Shown here: positions 40,345 through 51,697 of the stretch, piece by piece | How the letters are laid out: every line of letters begins with the position of its first letter | Position numbering within the stretch: position 1 is the first letter of the stretch | Sequence record: SRR22947727_4282 | DNA length: 64,000 nucleotides | Reading direction: 5' to 3' (one strand) | Notes under the pieces: model-generated | Told to the model about the DNA's origin: nothing | Seen by the model: only the letters and a program-made list of their open reading frames with translations | Databases searched by the model: none | Position numbers and translations under genes: made by a program

Positions 40345-40983
40345 TTATACGAGATGACAAGCCGCCCGCGCTAAGGCTTCGATATCATCCCATTTACCCG
40401 CCTCGATCAGCGCTTTCGGCGCAACCCAGCTGCCGCCAACGCAAAGCGTGTTTTTCAAACTCAGATAACTCATTGCATTTTGTGGGGTTACACCGCCAGT
40501 TGGGCAAAACATCGCTTCTGGCAAAGGCGCGCCTATTGCTTTCAGGGCGCTGGTGCCGCCATTTGCTTCAGCAGGGAAGAATTTTTGCACCGTATATCCA
40601 CGTTCAAGCAAACTTAAAACTTCGCTTGCGGTGGCCGCTCCTGGCAACAGGGGTAGGTCTTCTGCTTCACAAGCCTCAAGCAACCGATCCGTTGTACCTG
40701 GGGTCACGCCAAATTTGGCCCCAGCTTGGCGGGCGGCGGTAACATCTTTCGGACTGAGCAATGTTCCAGCTCCGACGGTGGCGCCGGGCACGTTTGCCAT
40801 TTCTTTAATCACGTCAAGCGCTGCTGGGGTTCTTAACGTGACTTCGAGCACGGATAAGCCACCGGCAATTAAAGCTTCGGCTAACGGGCGCGCCACGGCA
40901 ACATCTTCTACAACCAATACCGGCATAACCGGTGCCATTTTACAGATGTCTGACGTGATTTTACTGGCTGTGCTTGGGGTCAA
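40345..40983 (-). CDS. eda: KDPG/KHG aldolase
   Basis: LEVTLRT, VGAGT, KFFPA, FCPTGG, VGGSW; TTG start with GGAGG SD. Confidence 0.96.
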   Translation of the reverse strand: MTPSTASKITSDICKMAPVMPVLVVEDVAVARPLAEALIAGGLSVLEVTLRTPAALDVIKEMANVPGATVGAGTLLSPKDVTAARQAGAKFGVTPGTTDRLLEACEAEDLPLLPGAATASEVLSLLERGYTVQKFFPAEANGGTSALKAIGAPLPEAMFCPTGGVTPQNAMSYLSLKNTLCVGGSWVAPKALIEAGKWDDIEALARAACHLV

Positions 40984-41003
40984 AACCGCCTCCTAATTTT
41001 TTG

Positions 41004-42809
41004 TTATACTACAATGCCAGCGCCGGCGGTTGCCAAACCCACATTATTGCGGAACATGTCAAACAACTCGCGCCCTGTTCCATGATGATTTCCTGACAAA
41101 TCGGCGGTTTGAACGGGCCGGTTTCCAAAATCGGAATCCAGAACCATAAGCGCACCGCTGCTGGCATCTAGCCGGATCATATCACCATCACGCAGTTTTG
41201 AAATGGGCCCTCCAACGGCGGCTTCAGGGCTGAGATGGATTGCAGAGGGTACCTTGCCAGAGGCGCCCGACATGCGCCCATCCGTAACCAGGGCTACGCG
41301 CAATCCGCGATCTTGAAGCACGGCTAAAATTGGCGTCAACCCGTGAAGTTCTGGCATTCCATTGGCCTGCGGGCCCTGAAAACGCACAACTAAGATTGTA
41401 TCACTGGTGATGCTGTTGTTTTGGAACGCCTCTTTTACTGCTGCTTGTGTTTCAAAAATACGTGCGGGGGCTTCGATAATATGCCGCTCTTGGGCTACGG
41501 CCGATATTTTAATCATCGCGCTGCCCAAATTTCCGTCTAATTTTTTTAGGCCACCACTGGGTTGAAACGGAGTTTTCAAGGGGCGAAGAATTTTTTCATT
41601 CTCGCTGTTTCCTGAAACAGCGCGGAATTCGATATCTGCGCCTGATAGTTTGGGCTCTTGGCGATAATGGCTAAGGCCTTTGCCCATGATGGTGGTGACA
41701 TCCTCATGGAGCAGGCCGGCATTCAATAACTCACCGATCATAAAGCTTAGCCCGCCCGCCGCGTGAAAATGGTTCACATCGGCCAAACCGTTGGGATACA
41801 CCTTCGCAAGCAAAGGCGTGATCGCGGAAATCGCATCAAAATCTTCAATTGTAAGATGTATTCCTGCTGCGCGCGCCATGGCGGGAAGGTGCAGCACAAG
41901 GTTCGTAGAGCCGCCTGTGGCCATTAAGCCTACAATACCATTCACGAATGCTTTTTCGCTTAGAATGTCACAGGTGGGGGTATATGAACCGCCCAGCGCG
42001 CTGCAGCGCATCACTTGGCGGGTGCCATAGGCGGTTAACGCATCGCGCAGCGGCGTGTTGGGGTTGATGAAAGACGCGCCCGGCAAATGCAAGCCCATAA
42101 ACTCCATAAGCATTTGGTTCGAGTTTGCAGTTCCGTAAAATGTGCAGGTGCCCGGCCCGTGGTAACTGGCCATTTCAGCCTTCATCAAGGCGCTGCGGTC
42201 AACCTCTCCAGTGGCAAATTGTTGTCGAATTTTTGCTTTTTCATCATTTGGAATCCCAGAAACCATGGGGCCTGCGGGTAAAAAGATGCTCGGTAAATGA
42301 CCAAAGGTTGCAGCTGCTATGATCAAGCCCGGTACAATTTTATCGCAGACACCCAGATAAATCGCTGCGTCAAATGTATTATGAGACAGGCCAATGCCGG
42401 CAGCCAATGCAATGACATCGCGTGAAAACAAAGAGAGCTCCATCCCGGGCTGGCCCTGCGTTACCCCATCGCACATGGCCGGTACGCCGCCAGCAACCTG
42501 CGCCGTGCCCCCATTTTCACGCGCCACGTCGCGAATGAAGCGTGGAAAGGTTTCATATGGCTGATGCGCCGAAAGCATATCATTATAGGCAGTGATAATG
42601 CCGATATTCGGACCTGCTTGAGTGGCCAAAGTGCTTTGATCTTGTTGCGCCGCGGCGTAGGCATGCGCCTGATTTCCGCAAGACAGATGTGCCCGTTGTG
42701 GTCCTTTGCCACGGGCTTCTTGCATTCTTGAAAGATAAGAATCCCGATCCGGTTTTGAACGGTCAATAATTTTTTTGGTAACTTCGGATATAATGGGGTG
42801 CATGTGCAT
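41004..42809 (-). CDS. edd: Phosphogluconate dehydratase
   Basis: [47 protein letters not shown]. Confidence 0.96.
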   Translation of the reverse strand: MHMHPIISEVTKKIIDRSKPDRDSYLSRMQEARGKGPQRAHLSCGNQAHAYAAAQQDQSTLATQAGPNIGIITAYNDMLSAHQPYETFPRFIRDVARENGGTAQVAGGVPAMCDGVTQGQPGMELSLFSRDVIALAAGIGLSHNTFDAAIYLGVCDKIVPGLIIAAATFGHLPSIFLPAGPMVSGIPNDEKAKIRQQFATGEVDRSALMKAEMASYHGPGTCTFYGTANSNQMLMEFMGLHLPGASFINPNTPLRDALTAYGTRQVMRCSALGGSYTPTCDILSEKAFVNGIVGLMATGGSTNLVLHLPAMARAAGIHLTIEDFDAISAITPLLAKVYPNGLADVNHFHAAGGLSFMIGELLNAGLLHEDVTTIMGKGLSHYRQEPKLSGADIEFRAVSGNSENEKILRPLKTPFQPSGGLKKLDGNLGSAMIKISAVAQERHIIEAPARIFETQAAVKEAFQNNSITSDTILVVRFQGPQANGMPELHGLTPILAVLQDRGLRVALVTDGRMSGASGKVPSAIHLSPEAAVGGPISKLRDGDMIRLDASSGALMVLDSDFGNRPVQTADLSGNHHGTGRELFDMFRNNVGLATAGAGIVV

Positions 42810-42825
42810 GGCTTTGACACTTTAC

Positions 42826-42839
42826 TGTTAGCGCTAACA
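42826..42839. promoter_or_regulatory. LacI-family-type operator upstream of edd
   Basis: Perfect 14-bp palindrome TGTTAGCGCTAACA, about 17 nt upstream of the edd start. Confidence 0.75.
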
Positions 42840-42936
42840 AAACTGCACTATCATGAAACGAAAAACAGACGCAAGGGCGGAAATGCCACCGCAAAAGAAC
42901 TTTCTCTTTTCGCGCGCATCCCCTAGAAGCCAAAGC

Positions 42937-44133
42937 ATGACACAGAATATTTATCCAACCGTGCGTTTGCGGCCAAACGCCGCCGCGCAAGCCATCCGCC
43001 AAGGGTTTCCTTGGATTTACAATAATGAGCTGGTGCTTGACCGGCGCAGCAAAAAGCTTCCCGCTGGCAGTGTGGTGATTGTGGAAGATTCCGAGCGCCG
43101 CCCGATAGGTTTAGGGGGAATAAACCCTGAATCTAAAATTGCTGTGCGCATTTTGGATCGCAATATTGAGGCAGAGATCGATCAAATCTGGTTCTCAAAG
43201 CGGCTCACCGCGGCCCTACAGTTACGCGAGGTGCTATTTGAGCAACCGTTTTACCGTTTGGTACATGCCGAAGCCGATGGGATGCCGGGCGTGGTTATCG
43301 ATCGTTTTGGCAGCCTTGCAGTGGTGCAGCCCAACGCCGCTTGGGCCGAAATGCGGCTTGCCGCTTTGAGCCAGGCTTTGCTTGAAATCGAGGGAATTAC
43401 CAGCGTTCTTAAAAATGCCGGTGGGCGCAGTCGGGCGCTTGAAGGATTAGACTCGCAAAGTGATATTTTAATCGGTGAGCGGCCCGAAACAACAGTTGAC
43501 GTGCCGATGAACGGAGCGGTTTACAAGGCTGATTTGATAAGTGGTCAAAAAACCGGTCTTTATTTTGATCAACGTCCAAACCACGCGTTTGCTGCCAGTT
43601 TGGCGAAGGGGCGCAAAGTGCTGGATGTGTTCAGCCATGTTGGTGGTTTTTCATTGGCCGCGCTTGCGGCAGGCGCCCAATCATCGTTGGCGGTTGATGG
43701 GTCTGAGGCGGCGCTGGAACTTGCCATGCAAGGGGCTGTTACAAGCGGCGTGGTCGATAAATTTGAAACTCAAAAAGGCGATGCTTTTGCGCAATTATCA
43801 GCGCTGGCAGGGGCTGGCGAAAAATTTGGGTTGGTCATTTGTGATCCACCGGCTTTTGCCTCGTCCAAGCCCGCATTAGAGGCAGGGTTGCGGGCGTATG
43901 AAAAAGTGGCGCGGCTGGCGGCTCATTTGGTAGAGGAGGGGGGCTTTTTGGTTCTTTGCTCCTGCTCGCACGCGGCTGATCTGGTAAAATTCAGAACTGC
44001 CTGCAATCGCGGTATTGGCCGTGCGGGGCGCGCGGCACAATTGGTTCACACTGGATTTGCCGGTGCGGATCATCCCTTGCACCCTCAATTGGCGGAAAGC
44101 GGTTATTTGAAAGCCTTGTTTTATCGCCTATGA
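42937..44133 (+). CDS. Class I SAM-dependent RNA methyltransferase (RlmI-like, PUA domain)
   Basis: GFPWIY, EADGMPGVVIDRF, GQKTGLYFDQR, VLDVFSHVGGF, DPPAF, CSCS, YLK. Confidence 0.88.
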   Translation: MTQNIYPTVRLRPNAAAQAIRQGFPWIYNNELVLDRRSKKLPAGSVVIVEDSERRPIGLGGINPESKIAVRILDRNIEAEIDQIWFSKRLTAALQLREVLFEQPFYRLVHAEADGMPGVVIDRFGSLAVVQPNAAWAEMRLAALSQALLEIEGITSVLKNAGGRSRALEGLDSQSDILIGERPETTVDVPMNGAVYKADLISGQKTGLYFDQRPNHAFAASLAKGRKVLDVFSHVGGFSLAALAAGAQSSLAVDGSEAALELAMQGAVTSGVVDKFETQKGDAFAQLSALAGAGEKFGLVICDPPAFASSKPALEAGLRAYEKVARLAAHLVEEGGFLVLCSCSHAADLVKFRTACNRGIGRAGRAAQLVHTGFAGADHPLHPQLAESGYLKALFYRL

Positions 44134-44690
44134 AAATTGTATTGGATACATGCGTCTTGTTTCCAACCGTTATGCGGGAGATGCTTTTGGGAGTTGCGGC
44201 TTCGATGGCTTGGACGCCGATCTGGTCTGAGCGTATTTTGGAAGAATGGCAGCGCGCTGCCACGAAACTTGGCCCGACTGGACCTGCCCAAGCGGCCAGC
44301 GAAATCGCGCTTCTGCGTGCTGCGTGGCCTGAGGCCTGTGTCATATGGCCCCGCTCATTAGAGGCGCGCCTTTGGTTGCCCGATCGCGCCGATTGCCATG
44401 TTTTGGCGGCGGCTATTTCAGGATCTGCCGATTTGATCGTGACGCTGAATAAAAAAGATTTCCCGCGTCACATTTTGGGCGAAGAAGGGGTGGATCGCCG
44501 CGATCCAGATGCACTGCTTTACGCGGCGTTTACCGCCGAGCCATCCGCCGTTGAGGCGGTAGCCGAGCGGGTTTTGAGCACTGCAAATCTGCTTTCCGGG
44601 CAAGAATGGACGATCCGTCGTTTGCTGAAAAAGGCCAGATTGCCAAAGCTTGCAAAGGCGCTCGGCTCACAGGTCAGCAAAGAAACGTGA
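44130..44690 (+). CDS. PIN-domain protein
   Basis: VLDTCVL, WSERILEEW, D.HVLAAAI, IVTLNKKDFP; ATGA overlap with the methyltransferase. Confidence 0.85.
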   Translation: MKIVLDTCVLFPTVMREMLLGVAASMAWTPIWSERILEEWQRAATKLGPTGPAQAASEIALLRAAWPEACVIWPRSLEARLWLPDRADCHVLAAAISGSADLIVTLNKKDFPRHILGEEGVDRRDPDALLYAAFTAEPSAVEAVAERVLSTANLLSGQEWTIRRLLKKARLPKLAKALGSQVSKET

Positions 44691-44714
44691 TCCGAGCGTG
44701 ATCGAACGCTCGGA
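44691..44714. terminator. Hairpin between convergent PIN gene and eno
   Basis: TCCGAGCGT-N6-ACGCTCGGA, 9-bp perfect stem; U-tracts are weak. Confidence 0.5.
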
Positions 44715-44724
44715 CCTGTCCAAA

Positions 44725-46020
<1,296 letters not shown>

Positions 46021-46156
46021 TTAATTGTATCGAAAGGGCGCTTAGCAGCTTCGGGTTGGAAAGTGAATGCATTAGATCTCGGTTTAAGGCGTGCTGCGCT
46101 AACTGAGCCGTAACCCGGCAAAAAAATTGTGCGGAATTTATGCTTAGATGCGCTGG

Positions 46157-47026
46157 TTAGCCAGTTTTGCGGTCCAAAACCCGCTCTCGCCAAAAGATAT
46201 ATATTCCGGAGGTTAAAATGATAGCCGCACCGATGAAGGTTGTTGAATCAGGTCGTTCGCCAAGAAATCCCATCGCCAAAGCAAGCGCAAAAATAAGGCG
46301 GGAATAGCGAAATGGCGAAACCACTGAGGCATCGCCGATGCGCGTGGCTGAAATCAGCGTGAAATATGCAAAGCATCCGATCAGAACGGCGCCTGCAAAT
46401 AAAAACCAGTTCACGTCCTGCAGGGGCGTGAAAGAGCCCGTGAATGGCAACGCAATCACACCTGCGCAAGCTGTGGCGACGAAAGCATAGATTGATACCG
46501 TAACTGAGGAGAGCTGTGCGCGCATGACCCGCGTTGCCAAATCTCTTGCAGATAAGCAAAGAACGCCCAGCACGGCGAAAAGCGATTCTGGTTGAAACCC
46601 CGCCATTCCTGGCCGCAAGATTAGCAAAACCCCTGCAAATCCGACCAAAGACGCAGTCCAGCGCCGCCATCCAACCCGTTCTTTCAAAAACACCGCCGCG
46701 CCCAGCGTCACCACCAACGGTGTTGCTTGTAAGATGGAAGACGCGGTTGCCAAAGGTGTAAGCGCGATGGCCGTGACAAAAAACAAAGCGCCAAAAAGAT
46801 CCGCGATGCTTCGGAAAATAACTGGAAAGGTTAAAATATCCGCGCTAAAAATCGGCTCTTTAACGGCCAAGGCAATGATCGAAAATAAAACCGTTCCCAA
46901 GCAGCCGATCGTTATCAAGATCTGAGAGATGGGGGTCTCTTCTGCGATGATCTTAATGATGAAATCTTCAAGCGCAAAGCCTGCCATAGCCAAACACATG
47001 AATATGATTGCGCGAAGGTTGTCCAT
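46157..47026 (-). CDS. DMT/EamA-family transporter
   Basis: About ten TM helices, LKERVGWRRW, PFRY, FLGE. Confidence 0.88.
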   Translation of the reverse strand: MDNLRAIIFMCLAMAGFALEDFIIKIIAEETPISQILITIGCLGTVLFSIIALAVKEPIFSADILTFPVIFRSIADLFGALFFVTAIALTPLATASSILQATPLVVTLGAAVFLKERVGWRRWTASLVGFAGVLLILRPGMAGFQPESLFAVLGVLCLSARDLATRVMRAQLSSVTVSIYAFVATACAGVIALPFTGSFTPLQDVNWFLFAGAVLIGCFAYFTLISATRIGDASVVSPFRYSRLIFALALAMGFLGERPDSTTFIGAAIILTSGIYIFWRERVLDRKTG

Positions 47027-47121
47027 TAAATGCTCGATCTATGAAATGGGCCCGGCAAGCTGAACATGCCGCATATGACGCTAAGCAGTCATTGATGCCG
47101 AGTGAGATGTCAATGGCGGGG

Positions 47122-47538
47122 TTATTCTGGTTTTGAAATCGGCACGCCATACAGCTCTAATTTATGGCCCTTCAAGCGATAGCCCAGTCTCTGCGCAATT
47201 TTTTCCTGCAGGGCTTCTATTTCTGGATCTAAAAATTCGATTACTTTTCCGCTGTTTAAATCGATCAGATGATCGTGATGATCGCGCTCTGCATCTTCAT
47301 AGCGTGCGCGCCCATCGCCGAATTCAACGCGCTCAAGAATGCCGGCTTCTTCAAAAAGTTTGACAGTGCGATAGACGGTTGCAATCGAAATTCCTGCATC
47401 TAAAGCCGAAGCGCGCGCGTATAATTCTTCTACGTCGGGATGATCATCAGACTCTTCCAATACGCCCGCTATAATGCGCCTCTGGCCAGTCATGCGCAGC
47501 GCTATGCCTTCACAGCGGTCCATTATACTGTCTGACAT
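47122..47538 (-). CDS. fur: Fur-family regulator (Fur/Mur)
   Basis: RMTGQR, HPDVEE, SIATVYRT, HHDHLID; AAGGA SD before ATG 47538. Confidence 0.92.
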   Translation of the reverse strand: MSDSIMDRCEGIALRMTGQRRIIAGVLEESDDHPDVEELYARASALDAGISIATVYRTVKLFEEAGILERVEFGDGRARYEDAERDHHDHLIDLNSGKVIEFLDPEIEALQEKIAQRLGYRLKGHKLELYGVPISKPE

Positions 47539-47913
47539 GACACGTCCTTTCTTCGTTAGGCAGGGCTTTAAATTATTTTTTTTAACCTGCAAAGCCTAGA
47601 TTAATTTTGCTACTTGACCTGCTCATGGGTAAGGGTTGACTTTATGCAGAGAATAGGTGCATGCAGCGTCAGCAAACCTTCCTGTCGCGTGAGCAGATTG
47701 CCGGCCGTTATCACAAAAAGATAAATGGCGAAAAGACAAATTTGAAGATTGCACCGTTCCCAAAATCACGCGTGGGCGCATAACAAGATGAAGAACCTCT
47801 TCTCATTTTGAGCGGGGTTGCTTGTCTGTGAACAGGCCTGCAGCGTTGTGATGCGCCGCGTGGGTTTTGAGGTTAGGGCGTTGGGCAAGACCTTGCGCCA
47901 GAAAAGGAACAGA

Positions 47914-49215
47914 GTGACGTTATTTGAAGAAATGGGTCTGCCCAAAGGTTTGGTGGCACAATTAACAGCTGCGGGTATTCACGAACCAACGCCCATCCAA
48001 TCGCACGCGATACCGCATGCGCTGAACGGCAAGGATGTTTTGGGGCTGGCGCAAACGGGAACTGGGAAAACCTTCGCTTTTGGTGCGCCATTGGTGACGC
48101 AATTATCCGAGATGACGGGGCGACCCGACTCCAAAATGGTGCGCGGGTTGATTTTGGCGCCCACGCGCGAATTGGCAAAGCAAATCAGCGATTCGATAAA
48201 GCTTTTGGTGGTTAATTCCCCCATTAAGATTGGCTTAGTGGTCGGAGGCGTATCAATTCGGCCCCAAATCGCCCGCGCGGCGCGTGGCTCGGATATTATC
48301 GTCGCCACCCCAGGCCGGTTGATTGATTTGCTTGACCGGCAAGCGCTTTCCCTCAGCGATACCCGTTTTTTGGTTTTGGATGAAGCAGATCAAATGTTGG
48401 ATTTAGGCTTTATTCATAGCCTGCGGAAAATCGCTGGCCTTCTCCCGAAACAGCGCCAAACGATGTTGTTTTCGGCAACGATGCCCAAGCAAATGAATGA
48501 ATTGGCCGCGAGTTACCTACAATCGCCCGTAAGAGTTGAAGTATCACCGCCGGGTAAAGCGGCAGATAAAATTGATCAATCTGTGCATTATGTGGCGAAA
48601 GCCGAGAAGATGAACCTTTTGATCGAACGTTTGAAAACACATGAAGGCGACTTGGCACTGGTATTTTCGCGCACCAAGCATGGCGCGGAAAAAATGCTCA
48701 AAACGCTGCATAAGAGCGGCTTTTCGGCAGGTTCTGTGCATGGGAATAAATCTCAATCGCAACGGGATCGCGCCATTCGCGACTTTCGCGAGGGGGTTAT
48801 CAAGGTCTTGGTGGCCACGGATGTTGCGGCGCGCGGGCTTGATATTCCCGATGTGCGGTTCGTTTACAATTATGATTTGCCCGACGTTCCGGAAAATTAT
48901 GTGCATCGCATAGGCCGCACGGCGCGCGCCGGCGCTGAGGGGCAAGCCGTTGCGTTTTGCGCGCCGGATGAAATGGATGCATTAAAGGCAATCCAAAAGC
49001 TGATGGCGCTGCGCATTCCTATTAGCTCAGGCCGCCCCTGGGAAGACATTGAAATTCCAGCAGGAAAGAAAAATGGTGCCCGTCCAAACGGAAATCGTCG
49101 TCGCAAACCCTCAGGATCTAACCCGCAGGGGGGACATTCTGCAAAGCCGAGCACAACGGGGGCCCAACGCGCGCGTCAACGCCGTAAATCAAAAGCTGCG
49201 CGCTCTGCAGCTTGA
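47914..49215 (+). CDS. DEAD-box RNA helicase (RhlE-like)
   Basis: Q motif PTPIQ, AQTGTGKT, PTRELA, TPGR, DEAD, SAT, HRIGRT, basic tail; GTG 47914 after AAAGGA. Confidence 0.94.
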   Translation: MTLFEEMGLPKGLVAQLTAAGIHEPTPIQSHAIPHALNGKDVLGLAQTGTGKTFAFGAPLVTQLSEMTGRPDSKMVRGLILAPTRELAKQISDSIKLLVVNSPIKIGLVVGGVSIRPQIARAARGSDIIVATPGRLIDLLDRQALSLSDTRFLVLDEADQMLDLGFIHSLRKIAGLLPKQRQTMLFSATMPKQMNELAASYLQSPVRVEVSPPGKAADKIDQSVHYVAKAEKMNLLIERLKTHEGDLALVFSRTKHGAEKMLKTLHKSGFSAGSVHGNKSQSQRDRAIRDFREGVIKVLVATDVAARGLDIPDVRFVYNYDLPDVPENYVHRIGRTARAGAEGQAVAFCAPDEMDALKAIQKLMALRIPISSGRPWEDIEIPAGKKNGARPNGNRRRKPSGSNPQGGHSAKPSTTGAQRARQRRKSKAARSAA

Positions 49216-49290
49216 CCCTTGCCAGCTGCAGAGATGAACGAAATTTGCGCGGCAGGCCAGCAAGGCAGAAAACGGTATTGGTGCTAAAAG

Positions 49291-50169
49291 ATGTTGGCTA
49301 AAAAAGGCGTTGATGCACAAGGCATCGTGTTTTTGGTGGGCTTGTCGCTACTACTTGCGTTTAATCAAATCGTCATCAAGGTAACAAATCAAGGGTTTCA
49401 GCCTGTTTTTGCAGCCGGCATTCGTTCTTTGGGCGGGTTATTGCTCGTTTGGGTATGGATGCGATGGCGCGGCATTCCCATCTGTCTGACGCGGCGCGTT
49501 CTTCTTCCGGGCCTTGGCCTGGGATTGCTGTTTTCCTTCGAATTTTTCTGCCTATTTTTGGCGTTAGATTTTACCAGCGTGGCGCGGGCCAGTATTTTAT
49601 TTTATTCGATGCCCTTATGGCTTGCGATCGGCGCGCATTTTCTATTGCCGAACGAACGCCTTACCTTGCAACGCAGCGTCGGACTGCTGGTTGCTATGGC
49701 CGGCGTAATTTGGGTTTTGGCGGATCACGAAGCCGCGACAGATACGCGTATATGGGGGGATCTTCTGGCTTTGGCCGGTGCGTTTGGCTGGGCGAGCCTG
49801 GCGCTCTGCGTGCGATTAACCGCCCTGTCAGACGAGAAGCCAGAGGCTCAATTGTTCATCCAGCTGTTAATATCGGCGCCGGTTCTTTTGATGCTTGCGC
49901 CTTTTTTTGGGCCCAGCCTGCGGCAACCTGAGCTGGTTCATGTTTTGGGCTTGAGCTTTCAGATCATTGCAATCGCGGGCTTTGCTTTTGCCTTCTGGTT
50001 TTGGCTGATTAAGGTTTATAAAGCGTCATCCGTGGCATCTTTTAGCTTTTTATCGCCGGTGTTCAGCGTGGTTTTTGGGTGGATTGTGCTGGGCGAGGCT
50101 TTGAATGCGACGGTGATTTTATCTCTTAGCTTGGTCACCATCGGTTTGGTATTGGTCAATCGCAGGTAA
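49291..50169 (+). CDS. DMT/EamA-family transporter
   Basis: About ten TM helices, FLSPVF..FGW..LGE. Confidence 0.88.
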   Translation: MLAKKGVDAQGIVFLVGLSLLLAFNQIVIKVTNQGFQPVFAAGIRSLGGLLLVWVWMRWRGIPICLTRRVLLPGLGLGLLFSFEFFCLFLALDFTSVARASILFYSMPLWLAIGAHFLLPNERLTLQRSVGLLVAMAGVIWVLADHEAATDTRIWGDLLALAGAFGWASLALCVRLTALSDEKPEAQLFIQLLISAPVLLMLAPFFGPSLRQPELVHVLGLSFQIIAIAGFAFAFWFWLIKVYKASSVASFSFLSPVFSVVFGWIVLGEALNATVILSLSLVTIGLVLVNRR

Positions 50170-50208
50170 AATTCCCGCCGCCACCATGCAAGCGGTTTAT
50201 TGATTTTC

Positions 50209-51633
50209 CTATGTACCACAAAAAGTTGCGGTTACTTTCTCATGTGTCTCTGGTGGCTGTCTGAGGTCTTCAAACGCATCAGAGGCGGTGAAGGGGGAAG
50301 ATAATGCAGCGGTCAAGCGGTGAAATTGCGTGTAATCCCCCGTAACGGCCGCAGTGATCATATGCTCTATCCTATGGTTGCGTGGAATAAGTGCGGGGTT
50401 TTTTGACTGCATCAGCAAATGCGGATCTGCCTCACTTTTCAAACGCATTTGCCATAGTCGATGCCAGTCTTCAAAGGGGTGTGGATCTGTAAATTCATTT
50501 TCAGGCTTGCCGTCGGACAGCGCATGAAAAGTGTTGGTGAAATCTGCCTGGCCCTCTGCCATAAGCGTCAATAGCGCGCTGATGAGGTCAAAATCTTTGG
50601 CTTGGGGCGTTTTTAATCCGATTTTGGCGCCAAACTCACGAAGCCAATACGTATTTATCAAATCGGGCATGGCGTGAACATTTTGCGTGAAGCGTTCGAT
50701 GGCCGCCTCTGAATCGGGCATCAAGGGAATAAGAGCTGTTGCAAATTGCGCCATATTCCAAACGATGATGTTGGGCTGGTTGCTATAGGCATAGCGCCCA
50801 GTGCGATCGATAGAGGAAAACACTTGGTCGGGATGATATATATCCATAAAAGCGCAGGGGCCGTAATCAATCGTTTCCCCCGCAATCTGGCAATTATCCG
50901 TATTCATCACACCGTGTATGAAGCCCAAGCTCATCCATTTGGCTATCAAACGCGCCTGCAGATCGATCACGGCGGTCAAAAGCGCCTCTGGGCTTTGAGC
51001 CTGTGGAAAATGCCGCTCTACAGTATATTCAAACAAGGTTTGTAAGGCGGTTATGTCCCGGCGGGCTGCAAACACTTGAAAGCTTCCTACGCGCAGATGG
51101 CTTTTGGCCACGCGGGTTAAAATGCCTCCAGGGTAAACGGTTTCGCGCAGAACAGGCTGGCCCGTTTCAACAGCAGCCAAGGCGCGGGTTGTTGGAACGC
51201 CCAAAGCATGCATGGCCTCTGAAACCACATATTCTCTCAAAACTGGGCCCAGCCATGAACGCCCATCGCCATTGCGCGAATAAGGCGTTGGACCGGCGCC
51301 TTTCAATTGGATGTCAAACCGCGCCCCATCTGGACAGAGTGCTTCGCCCAGCAATAACGCACGCCCATCGCCCAATTGGGGGTTATATTGGCCAAATTGA
51401 TGCCCAGAATAAAGCTGCGCCAGCGGCTCGGCCCCGGCTGGTGCTTGATTGCCAGAAAAAATCTCTGCCAAAGCGCTTTCTGAGCCACCTGTTATACCAA
51501 GGTCTTTGGCCAAGCCTTGATTATAAGCAATCAGCTTGGGGGCTTTTACGGGCGTTGCGGGCAGCTTTGTGTAAAATCCTGCAGGCAGCTGTGCAAAGCT
51601 GTTGTCAAATGGAATTTGAACCGGGGTGTTCAT
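50209..51633 (-). CDS. selO: Protein adenylyltransferase SelO (YdiU)
   Basis: YSGHQFG, LGDGR, QLKGAGPTPYSR.GDGR, HGVMNTDN, IDYGP, PRNH, C-terminal FCGT. Confidence 0.94.
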   Translation of the reverse strand: MNTPVQIPFDNSFAQLPAGFYTKLPATPVKAPKLIAYNQGLAKDLGITGGSESALAEIFSGNQAPAGAEPLAQLYSGHQFGQYNPQLGDGRALLLGEALCPDGARFDIQLKGAGPTPYSRNGDGRSWLGPVLREYVVSEAMHALGVPTTRALAAVETGQPVLRETVYPGGILTRVAKSHLRVGSFQVFAARRDITALQTLFEYTVERHFPQAQSPEALLTAVIDLQARLIAKWMSLGFIHGVMNTDNCQIAGETIDYGPCAFMDIYHPDQVFSSIDRTGRYAYSNQPNIIVWNMAQFATALIPLMPDSEAAIERFTQNVHAMPDLINTYWLREFGAKIGLKTPQAKDFDLISALLTLMAEGQADFTNTFHALSDGKPENEFTDPHPFEDWHRLWQMRLKSEADPHLLMQSKNPALIPRNHRIEHMITAAVTGDYTQFHRLTAALSSPFTASDAFEDLRQPPETHEKVTATFCGT

Positions 51634-51697
51634 AAAATTTGGCCTTTGGGTTGTATCATAAAGTATGTCTTTGAAGACTGTTGCCGAAACCGCACCG

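Noticed and set aside
50209..50223. Possible selenocysteine readthrough at the selO C-terminus
   Set aside because: The protein ends FCGT followed by TAG. It has Cys, with no in-frame TGA and no SECIS-like context.
51003..51635. 210-aa plus-strand ORF, and the many other 60-190 aa ORFs overlapping called genes
   Set aside because: They lie antisense or out of frame to well-supported genes such as selO, with no motifs or SD. This is expected at about 50% GC.
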